A DNA stretch of 64,000 nucleotides from positions 1,550,001 through 1,614,000 of the forward strand of contig JAUFOQ010000003.1 of NCBI GenBank assembly GCA_040285855.1, in the 5' to 3' direction. Made by a program: the position numbers and the translations under genes. This DNA comes from Eukaryota sp. GEM-RC1 (taxonomy: Eukaryota). The notes under the pieces were generated by a model. That model ran no database searches and had not been told where the DNA came from. It worked only from the letters and a program-made list of their open reading frames with translations. Below, one piece after another: positions 39,050 to 50,427 of this stretch. The stretch's first letter is position 1. Each line of letters starts with the position of its first letter.

Positions 39050-40580
39050 TTCAAAGATAGATTTCCTGATATTCATTTGTGTGCTTACGCTGATGATTCT
39101 TCACTTATTGGTCCTTTAAGTTCTCTTAAGGATAATTTAAAACATTTTGTAAGTTTATCTCAATCAATTGGTTTAGAAATTAAACTACCTAAATGTTTTT
39201 TTTATTGGTAAGCGGTTTGCGGAACTTATGTATGGTGAGCAATCTATCCAGTTTGTGGACTATAACACTGAAGCTGTCCGTTTTTTGGGTTCCTATTTTG
39301 GCAATTCTTTGCAGATTGAGAGTGTGCTCAAGAATTATCTTCAGAAAATCAAAGTTCAATTGCAGAGTATACAAGATCTCAAAATCGATAACCACTTGGC
39401 TTTTTCAGTACTTTCGGTCTGTTTTGGATCGAAAATCAATCATCTTCTTAGATCTTTACCACCTGAGCTTTCTCTTGGTTTTGCTCGTGAGTTCAACTCT
39501 TTGAGAACTCAATTTTTAGGGAATTTGGTTGAAATCAATAGTTCCAAAATTCCTTATCATGCCTTTTTCAGTTCAAAATTTGGTGGTGTTGGTTTTTCAA
39601 GAGCTGAGTATTTATGTAAAAGTGCTTTCGTTGGTGGTATGAAGAACTTTCTTTTTGAGAGTAAGCTTCGGTTCGAAAATATTTTCGATTCAGTTGTAGA
39701 CGGCTCTTACGCTTTATTGAACTCTTTGGAGGACTTAGTTCAAGGTTTGCCTATTGAAGTTTGGAACAAAAGTTTCCCGAAAAGTGTTTCATCTATTCCT
39801 GATCGGTCAATTGAATTTCTGCCTCTTGCTGTAGTTAAGTTACAGAATGCTACATTACTTGGGTTGGAAGACTTGGATTTTAGTAAAAGACTTAGTGTGA
39901 CTAAGATTGATAATCCCGTCTTTGCAGCTTTTTTATGTGACATTCAACAATGTTCTAGCTTCATCACTCAACAACCTAGACCTTTTGGTTTACATTTGAA
40001 CAATGATGCTTGGAAGCAAAATATGCGTCTTCGTTTAGGTTTATTCCCTAGTGGTTTGCTAAATAATTCAATCTGTGTTTGCGATAACCGATCTGCAGCC
40101 ACATTTCGTCATGTTGTTAGTTGCAAGAAATTTTTGCAATTTCGATCTGTTCTACATAACGCTGTTCGTGACGTTACTTATGAAATGTTCAAATCCTACA
40201 ATTATAGTTGTAAAATTGAACCTCTTCTGAAACATTATAGTGACAATAACGTGTTTGATTCTCGGCGTGGTGACTTAATTGCTCCTTTCCTGGATTCATC
40301 TCAAGTTGTGGTTGATTTTACTACAGTTGACCCGTTTGCAAAAGTCTACCAAGACTCCATATTGAATGATTCGAATGGTCATCTGGAAAAGGCTGAACAA
40401 CGAAAGTGTTCAAATTATGCGGATGCTTTACAGAAGCTTAATGAAAATCTATATTCTAAGTTTTCATTTGTTCCATTTGCCATTTCAATTTTTGGTAATA
40501 TTGGTCCAGCCGCGGTTTAAAGTTTTTCAGTGATTTTAGTCTTTTATGTCGTTCTAATGGCAAGGTGTTTAATATCCATA
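39050..40580 (+). mobile_element. 5'-truncated CRE-like RLE non-LTR retrotransposon (RT C-terminus, Zn knuckle, RLE)
   Basis: AYADD at about 39083, FLGSYFG, GGVGF, RLRLGL, CVC...HVVSC...HNAVRD, RRGDL...VVVDFT, EQRKCSNY and FVPFAISIFG. Confidence 0.85.
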
Positions 40581-40599
40581 CATTTATTAAAAACATTAA

Positions 40600-42530
40600 A
40601 ATAAACACAAATACTAGAATTCAATATCATTAAAGCAACAATCATTGCCATTAAAACTCACATCAGCTTTTTCTTCATAAAAAACACTGAGAGCTAATAG
40701 AGCTTTTGAAATCATGATAGGAATTGTTTTAAATATTGTAAAAACAATACGATTCAACCAAAATTTGAAATCAAATTTCTTGTTCATTCTTTTTTTGACC
40801 ACTTTCTCAAAATCAGAGAGAAAACAAAGAGCATCTCTACCAAGTCGACCATAAATTGAAATTGCAAAAGGACATAATTTGTACTCAACATGTCTAATAT
40901 GTTTGAGAGCAGTCAATGGTTCATCATATTTGTTTCTCTTGTGCTGTTCTAGAATTCAGTGGAGAAACTTCATTTTTAGCATCCTTGAATGCACTCTTTT
41001 GCAAACATCCACAGTAATCACATCAACAACGGTTAGTTCATCATTGATTGATGGAACTGAGACATCAGCTCTTCTTGTTACCAAAAGTCCTATCAGAATT
41101 ACTATTTTTTAAATTATTGATTTCCAGTGATCTCAACAGTGGCTCAACAAAAGATTCGATTTTGTAGGAATTACACATGGCATGAATTTGATCTCTGACA
41201 GCATCATGAATACAAGTTCTATAAGTAATGAAACGATTACAACTCAAAAGGTGAGAAAAAGTAACTAATTTACTACATTTACATTGAAGATCATTGGGTA
41301 AATTAGAGGGCCACAAGAAACATCGAAGTCTGAAAGTAGTAGTCCATTGATGATCATTCAACAACAAACCATAAATCTGAGGAATTTGGTTAATCAAAGC
41401 AACTGATCCTTCAAATCAATTAAATAATTTGCGAACGCTGGATTTTTTTCTTTGGTCGAGCCAAGTCGAATTTTAAAATCCAGACATTCAAAATGTTTTA
41501 AAAGGTGTTTTTGGAGTTTCTTAAGAGCATATTTTAACGAGGTGACACATCGTTCTGGTATTTCACAAATATCTGCTGGAAAACACGTTTGCCAGAGGGC
41601 AGGTGAAATTAGCGACAATTCTGGTCTCAAATTTACCAAGATAAAACTACTTGTCGAAAGAAGAAGATTTTCTAGACTTGGGTAACGTCTACAGAACTCA
41701 AAGACAAAATTCTTACCACCACCAATGAAAGCAGATTTGGTCCACCATTTAGACGAAGTGAAACCAATACCACCAAGAGGAGGATCCGAGAAGATGTGAT
41801 TGTTCAAAGCAGGAGGATCCACTGATAACAAAAATGCAAGAAAGTCAGTACGAATTTTGTTAAAGCTTCTACAGAAGTTATAGGTAAGTACAGGGGGTAG
41901 AGAGCGAAGCAGATGAGTAACTTTTCCTGAATAACAAATTTTTAGCATGAAGAATTTGACATGTTTTTCCAATTGCAATTCCTTAATTTGATCTAATTCT
42001 TTTCGCATTGAATCCAAATATACATTCAGATCTTTAACAATGTTGTCATGTGAACCAAGATAGCAACCTAGAAATCTAAAGCTTGAAGATAAATAGTTCA
42101 CAAAGGGAACCTCTAAAGAATTAACAATTAAAGTTACAGGTACCTTGGCAATCAAAAACATTTTTGCACATTTAATTGAAGTCCAATTGCATCGTACAAA
42201 TCAGCAGCCTGATTCGCAATAATACGAAGAGTTGACATAGGAGCAATAAAAAAAATGACATCAATATAGCCAACTATCTTAAGGTCTGGGTATTTTTTTC
42301 AAATACACAAAAGCGAATCATGGATAGCGAAACAAAAGAAAAGAGGCCATCAGGATCTCCTTGTTTAACTCCAGACATAGATTTCAATGAATATGAATCA
42401 TAAACTAAATCGCTTGGTTTTCCATAAAAAAAAATAGAAGTAGGATCACAACTCAGGAAAGTCTTTTACAATAGCAGCAAAAAAAGACTTACGACTAACT
42501 GAATTAAACGTATTTTTGGCCAAACGAAGA
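40600..42530 (-). mobile_element. Second, divergent CRE-like RLE retrotransposon (frameshifted)
   Basis: NTFNSVSR, SGVKQGDP, GYID, FLGCYLG, GGIGF, CKC...HLLSC...HDAVRD, RADVSVP...VVDVITVD and LCPFAISIYG. Stop at 40614. Confidence 0.85.
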
Positions 42531-42900
42531 CGCATATTGATCATCCAAGCTTCATCAGATAGATGTAATCCAAACACCTTAAGAATTTGATAAATAAATC
42601 CAAAAGGTCCCACTATTACAAAGGTCAAAAGCAGCGAACTCGGGACTATTAGTTTTAGCCAAGCTAATGCGATCGTTGAACCACTTTTAAGATCTTTAGA
42701 ACCAAGTAACAAATGTAATATTGAAGAACAGAACCAATTTTTTGGTAAACGGAGAGCAGAGGTGTTTAATAGCGCTGTATGGATTAATCGAATTATGTTC
42801 GCTCTTTATAGAAGCATTCCCAAGTATTTATGTTCCATTTATTCGAAGTGTATAGGGACAATTCTCGTGTTGATGTGGAGAATTTAACTTCTTTCATTTT
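42530..42900. mobile_element. Scrambled additional retroelement fragments
   Basis: VFGLHLSDEAWMINMRLRL on the minus strand and VWINRIMFALYRSIP on the plus strand match the C-terminal parts of the neighbouring elements. Confidence 0.6.
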
Positions 42901-43116
42901 CTGAATTAGTATGTATTAATTTATTGTTGCAAATAAACTCTTATATATTGTATTTTTTTAATAGTATTTATGTAGCTTCTTATATGTGCAACAAACACTT
43001 GTCTGTAAGATTTGATAGACATTCTTCACACCAAACAATGCAGGCTGCCTTGAATTTGGAGTACAAACCTAATCAGCATCATCATCATTTTGAACTGTTC
43101 CAGAAGGTAATTTTGG

Positions 43117-43810
43117 TTACCGATAAGATTTCGTTCCTCTTTTGTTTTCAGCTCTATTTTTAATTTTTTCAATTAGGGACAGAGTAGATCCACCACAATC
43201 AGAATTTGAATCACCATCACTTTCACTTACAATAGGTACATCATCCATACCATCACTTAAAAAATCATCCTCACCAGTTAAAACATCAGAAAGATCTCCA
43301 TCACTTTCTACAATCACAGGCTGTTTAGTAGCACTACGTTTCCTTGTGGGTGCCTTGATGACGTCAGCATCTGACGAGACCACTATTAAATCATTGCCCT
43401 CTGGTACTGGTAGAGGAGTCTCTAGTGGATTGTCCTCTCGACTGCCTATCCAATAAGCTCGAGAAAAGACTAATAAAACATCAAAAACTTCTTCTGCCGT
43501 AACAATCTTCCCAAGGTTAAGCCTTAAACATCTGTTCTTGGGATAGACACAGGTTCCTTCCAGTTTCAGTTCTCCAGTAAGAAATTTGATGTACATTATT
43601 GGACAAGGGGTATCCATTTGAGATATTCTACCTATCTTTGTGTTGGGAGCCTTGGTTAAACGGCTTATACGACCTGGTAGTATGACAAGAAAACGGTTTC
43701 GTTTGGCAGTAGTCTTTTTCTTGATGATATCTTGACCATCACAGGAGAGGAGTAGTCTGCTGGGAGGAATAGAAGCAACTTGCGGTTTAACAGGGACGTA
43801 TATACATGGC
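43117..43810 (-). CDS. RHL1: RHL1-like DNA-binding protein (topoisomerase VI accessory subunit); start codon uncertain
   Basis: GQDIIKK...KRNRFLVILPG...IG...PIMYIKF..GELKLEGT.VYPKNR.L.L...FDVLLVFS.AYWIGSREDNP.E..L follows the plant RHL1 core motif by motif. Acidic tail. Confidence 0.8.
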
Positions 43811-44199
43811 AAACAATGACGCAACACTGGTAAAAAAATCAATTTCTCAAACCAAAATATGCCTTCTGAAAGAAATAGAGACTGTCTAAATTGACAACTT
43901 AACACACAACCTTGGCTAAAAACACAAAGGGAAACACGACAATTTTTACTATACGATAATTCCCAATGTTGACTATACCGTCCAAAGGGGTGCTACATGT
44001 AGATTTTCTTAAACCATAATTTTGTAAACTATATCGTCCCCTTGAAGATGCTCCATAATACTTTGGTAATTTTGATTTTGATTCCAAAAACCACGATGGT
44101 TGTTCCAACGAAGTTTGGTTCAAAGTCAGGAGTATTTAATTCATCATCGGCAAGGACGCACCAGATCAAAATGAAAACCAGTAAGATTCTGAACATGGA

Positions 44200-44480
44200 G
44201 AGTGTGAAGAATGAATGGATGAATCAGTCCATCCATCATTTGTGACACAAGCTTTCTGACCTTCGAAATTCCCATCATTTGTTGCAGGGTTTTCAAATAC
44301 TAACAGACAACGGACATCTCTCGTGTTTATTCCTTCAGCACTTTATCTGGTGTTGTTTGTTCTAACAAAAAGCGTTGAGTTGTATTTGAATTTTTAAATA
44401 TGATGATGACATTAACACGTGAAATGAAAACCAATTATTAGATTGCCAATCAATAAAGTGCAATGCCATGGAATACTGAT
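44200..44480 (-). pseudogene. Possible hAT transposase relic
   Basis: ACVTNDGWTDSS resembles the first catalytic DGW motif of hAT transposases. Upstream, NNWFSFHVLMSSSYLK is loosely hAT-like. Stops are present. Confidence 0.35.
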
Positions 44481-45328
44481 TGCTGGATAACTTTCAAAGC
44501 AGAGTAATTAACTTGGTATGCATTTGTTCTCTAAAAAAGATCCAACTTGTGCTGATACCATATCAGAAAAGATGTACAAATATTTTCAATCCTTCAGGAC
44601 CTTTTCAATACAAATCTGAAAATACATTAACATGGCTATAACACCAGGACCTGTAAATGCTCAATTGTCAATCAAATAATTGTAATAAGTTATTGGCTTG
44701 GGAAATGTTAGCGTTACTAATTGCAATTATTACTGGTGTTTTTAATGCACCAAATGAATAGAAATTACTAAGACTAGGGGATGAAGAGCTCGTAAACCAC
44801 TTTTCTTAATTCAACAAGACTTCTTTGTTTCCTTTGCCTGCCTATAATCGATCTTTGTGCAGGAAAGAATTTTTCCGACTGATTCCGAAGTTCAGGTAAT
44901 TACTTTAGGAGTGCAACGGCTATATGGTCTATCACAGTGATATATCACGTGATTGGATTACATAAACTTGGTTTTGATGGATTGCATCTAGAGAAGTTTC
45001 TATTTTACCATCACTTGTTAGTCAATATATGCTTCTTTTGCTTACTACTGATAGTACAACGTCTTCGGAAGATGAGTTTCGTTTCCAAAAGACCAATAGC
45101 CTGAAGTTTCTTTTTAATTGAAAAGCCAAAATGTTTACTTCATGTATATCATGAACCAACTATCAATAATTGCCCAACTAATTTCAACAAATGTGATAAT
45201 TGCAGTAATTCATTGATTGTCAAAAAATGAGAGCAATCAATTGGCAAAGCAACTATTCCAAATCCTGTATAACATTGTTTTCTTGACTTGAAATCACTCA
45301 AATTTCAACTTCACTTGCCGGCACTTCC

Positions 45329-48300
45329 ATGGATCCTTCAACGATAGCCTCCCTCTTACAGAAACCATCATCAGCATCAATAGATACACTGATACAAAGA
45401 TATTCTTCTACAACATTCTCTCTCCCTCTTGCTCATTCATTCATCAAGCTGTTGACAGGTTATCTGAGATGTTCATCGGCGTTCTCTGTTCTATCTGAGG
45501 CTATCGGATCACTTTTTTCCTTCCTCAACAGTTCACTTCATCAAGTCCCTACTACTGATTCTCTCCATGTAAGCTACCTACGATGCTGCTATAACTACCT
45601 TCAAAAATCCTCCCAGTCAATATCCCCAGATCTTCTCCTCTCCTTTTCATCCTTCCTTGATCAAAGTTTCCCATCTTATTACCCCGCTCTGATCGCTGAA
45701 GAACAAAGCCTTAAGGTCTCTGTTGCTTTGTACCTTCAGCTCACCACCTACATGTTTAACTCTCACGCGAGTATCTCTCCATCCTTAGTCCTTCAATGTT
45801 TCTGCTTAACTTCTCATCTGAATCCGACTGACCAAATGTTTCTTTCATTTGCCAATGTTTTCACTAGTATAGTGGGATCGTGCCCTGATTTGTGTGCATA
45901 TACTTCTTCTAGATCTTGCTATTCCTTTCTAATAAGTTATTGTAAAGAAAATAGTATTATTTCTCAACTAAAGAAGACCAAAACGCCTTTATCTGAAGTG
46001 ATATTACTGTATGTTGTTGAAAAGTTACCAGATAATTTCGAACTGCGGTTTAAATTCTTTATTACATTGATTAAAATTAAAGGAAATTCTGATCTCTTTT
46101 TTAGTCGATGCCTTCAGCCGTTATATGATGACGCTTACAAGAGTTATTTGGACACTATTGTTTTCCTTCAAAAATTGCAATTACTCAGTACTGCTGTTGA
46201 AAAGTTAGAAAACAATGAGAATTTTAAAATTACTGACTTTTCTTGTGATTTACTCACTCATCCGTTAAAACTGACTCCAGTCTTTATTAAGAATAATCTT
46301 CCCCAGTTATTACCATTATTGGATGGATTTCGGAAATCTTTATTGTTAAACATTGACTTGGTCTATAGTGGCAATTCCTTTTCTTCCTCAGCTTTAACCA
46401 GACTGTGTTCCATCTCTGAAGTGTTGTTCTGTCTATATAATTGCCTTTCCACCTGTTTGCAAACAATATCTCAAACTGTATCAGAATCGATCAGTAAGTC
46501 TCTGGAACACTCAGCTGTGGACGCTTTGTCGTTGCATGTACAATTTAAAATATTTCATGAAAATATCAACATCAGGTCTATTGATAAATTGTCAAAATTA
46601 ATTCATACAACAGACAGCACAAATCTTTTCGTTGGAATTTGGAATGCAGGTTCTTTCTTTTTAAAAAATTCTGAAAATTCTCCTTCTTTTGCTGAGATTG
46701 ACGGTTTCTCTTGTTCTGAGTATTATGCTTTAGACTTATTACTTTATTCTCTTCAAAAGTTTGATGTTCCAATATTCTTAAGTTTAAAAGGGTCAAATAA
46801 GGGTCTTGATTGGATTATAGACCGTTATTTAATTGTTTTAAAATTTCAAACTCATTTTGATGAACCTAACAAACTTTTGTCGGAGTTTCTGAACCTTTCT
46901 TCACTTTGTTTCCAATCACATTTTAAATTTTGCTGAATCTTTTGGTCAAATAGAGCATGTAATGATCATGCTATTTAAGTTGACTAAATATTGGTCTCTA
47001 TACTTTCAAAGTAATTCACATTCATTAGACTTGTCTTCTTTCTTTTCAAATCCCGAGATATCTAATTCTCATATCCTTTTGTGTTTTTTTAAATTCATTG
47101 AGTCCAAGTTGTTGTTCAATTTAGTACCTCTGATATCAATCTCTCAAGCCAATTTCTTATCTTCTGATTGTTTTACTTCTGCTTCATTGAACAAACTTTC
47201 TACTTCTGTCTTAAACCAGATTTCATTGTATTCAGCTATAATGATCTTTTCAGATGAAGTGATCAACTCTATTTTATCGCAATTGTTTCCAAAAGTCAAG
47301 AATTTTAATTCTTCTTCTTTCAAAACCAAATATCTCGTTAAATTACCCTCATTTGTTTTGATTGCGCTGCAATTACGTCTACCCCAATACTTTACTCAAA
47401 TTTCGATAGATGAACTATTTGAAGAAGATGCTTTGAATTCTTTAGACCTTTTATTGAATTCTTGTCTTTTCAATTTTTTCAATGAAAGTTTTGACATTTC
47501 ACCAAAATTAATTCTATTGGACAATTTGTTGTCTGGATTTGAATTTTCCAATGTTCTTGACAACACACCGAGATTACTGCCACATATTCTTTTCACTGTT
47601 CTTTCTTCTTCGTTTCATAATAGTTCACTTAATCTTCAAATTTTAGAAAAATTCCAACATTTCACCCCAGCCGACAATTATTTCAATCGATTGTTTCACT
47701 GTCTTCCAAACTCTAGTTATCCACCAGATTATCTTGAAAAGTTGCTCTCATTAATCGATAGATCATTAATCCCACCAAATTTTAAATATTTGGGACTTTT
47801 CTCTCAAATAGTTGTGCTACTTGTTAACGCTCACTGGTTTCAATCAAATTGTTCAATCAAACCGTCGTTTACTCTTTTGAAAAGAGCATTTGATTTACTT
47901 CTGCTTCATGATAATTCATTTTCGTATAATCACGGTAGTTCTTTTGAGCTATGTTATATTAATTCAAACTTATTCAATTTTTTCTATCCTGTTTTATCAA
48001 ATATTTGCTTGTATTCCTTATCATCTATTTCTATTGGACGAGGGGTTTTTACTGAGTTTTTGTACTGGAAAAAGTTACTTGTGGAGAGGAAAATCCATAC
48101 TCATTTGATTGAGTTTGTCTCTCAATATATTGAAATTCACGGGGACAAATCAGATACTTCTGATGTATATGATTTATCTCTACAGTTGTTCAAGGAAAAT
48201 TCTAAATTTGTTCAATATTTCTCTCAAATGTTTCCGTGTCTGTTTTATCCATTTGCTTGTGTTCTCGACAATGTTGGTGATGTTGTTTTATTCAAACACA

Positions 48301-50427
48301 TCAAGGAGATCAACATGTTTCTCAGTCAATTACTTTATGATAACTATACGAATCTGGAACAACTTGTATTCTTGTTATTTTCAGTCAATGATGTTTGCCT
48401 ACCACTGGCCACTGCTACTGGTTTAACAAATGCAGAAGCATATGCTCTTGTTGCTGCTGAGTCATTTAAACGTGGTGTTTGTGGTCCAAATGTTTCTCTC
48501 TTTCTTTACTCCCGAGTATTCTCACCTTCTTTTTATCACTTATATTGTTCTTCTACTGTTAAATTAAATAATTCTAATAATTCCGACTCTCTTATGGATG
48601 ACTTAGATTTGTCTGAATTGTCTTTAGAAAGTCATTTCACTTTTGATGTGACTACCACGCTTTATCCACGTTTACAGTTTCAAAATATTTCAAAAGAATT
48701 GCTACAAAGTCATGCCAACGAGTTTGTTTCTATTACACGAAAGTCAATCATTTCTGATTCCTTCCTTGTTTCAATGGCCCGTCTACCACAGACTCGTGGT
48801 CTTTGTATTTCAGTTTTGACTGAAGAAGACTTGCCTTTCTTTGTAGTGATTGATGTTGATTTTGCATTAGTTATGGATAACTTTCAAAATATTCTTGATG
48901 ATTCTCTCACTTTGTTGAAAAATTTCAAATATAACAAAAACACCAAAACTGACTCTGACAAATCATCGTGGTGGACTTCAAGATATCGTCAAAATGATGA
49001 TCTCAACTCTTTATTTACTTCTACTGATGATAAGCTCAATATTATTTCTGACCTTCTTAATGGTGAATTTAGATATCGATTAGATGAAAAGTTTCTCTAT
49101 TTGTTTGATGGTAAAAACTTGCCTCTTTTGCATTCGATTAGAGGTCATGACTCGAATTACACGTATTTTATTGAATCATTATTAGTATTAGCACTCAATT
49201 CGAGTGACTCTTCGAAGTGTGTCCTCAATTATTTAAATTCGGTGTTAAATTCAAATATTCTGATTCCGAAACGACTGAAAGAATTAACCTCTAAATTATC
49301 GTCAAGTTTATTTAAATCTGCTCCCAAAACTCCCAAAGGTCGTCCTCGATCCATATCTTCTCCATCGTTGTCTCCTTTGTGCCTTAGTAATTTCACTGTA
49401 TGTTTGATTTTAGACAATTCGTTAAGAGATTTTCCCTTCGAAAGTTTAAATGGATGTCGAAATCAACCATTTGCGCGATTTTTCAATTATTTGCATTTTT
49501 TGAAATCTTTTGAATCTCTCACAAAGACCAATAAGGGTTTGTCTGTTTGTGACCCAAATTCTTTGTATTATTGCATTAATCCTGGAGGAGATCTTCCGTC
49601 AACAACTGAAAGCTTTAATGATTTCTATTCCAAATTTTCAAATATTAATTGGCGAGGTTTGATTGATAAGCAGAATTCCCTAAATTCTGTCGAAATTTTT
49701 AATGCTATATGTAATCACAATTTATTCTTTTACTGCGGTCATGGATCTGGAGAATCATTATTTGACTCTAAAATAACTCCAAGTAAATCTAATTCTGCAC
49801 CATTAGCCGCCTTTTTTAATGGGATGTTCATCTTCAAAATTAAAAAATTACAGATATTTCGATTCCGACGGTTTTTTCCTTCACTATTTACTAATGTCCG
49901 AATGTGGATGTCTTTCACTCGTAGGTTGCTTATGGGACGTAACTGACAGAGATTTGGATCGTTTAGCCTATAATCTTTTAGAAAACTCATTGACTTCTAC
50001 TACTTCCTTTGTTGAACTTCTTCCAAATGCTAGGTCTACTACTAAATTAGAGTATTTGACTGGATCTGCAGTTGTTTCGTGGGGATTTCCTATAAGTATG
50101 GAATACTCCATGGCTAATGATACCTTGGATGTGTTGAAGACTCCAGTTATTTCTAGGTCTAGACAACAACAAATGGCAAAAACACCGCTGAAAACACCGA
50201 AGTGGATTAATGATTGTGATTTGAGTAAAACCATTAACGCTTTAGATTTGAGTCCAATGCAGAGGCCAAAAACACCGTTAAAAACACCGGTTCTCAGAAG
50301 ATCAGCAAGATTGGCCACCAAAAACAAAAAAATCATTACGATTATAAATTATTTTAATATTTACAGAAATAGTTGTAGAATTCCATTTGTTGAACAAAAA
50401 CGATACAATCTTTTCCAGAAATTTTGA
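45329..50427 (+). CDS. ESP1: Separase (peptidase C50), frameshifted near 46930 and 49815; exact 3' end uncertain
   Basis: SSWWTSR, LILD...FPFESL, YCINPGGDL, FFYCGHGSG (catalytic His), MGCSS (catalytic Cys) and VGCLWDVTDRDLD. Confidence 0.9.
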
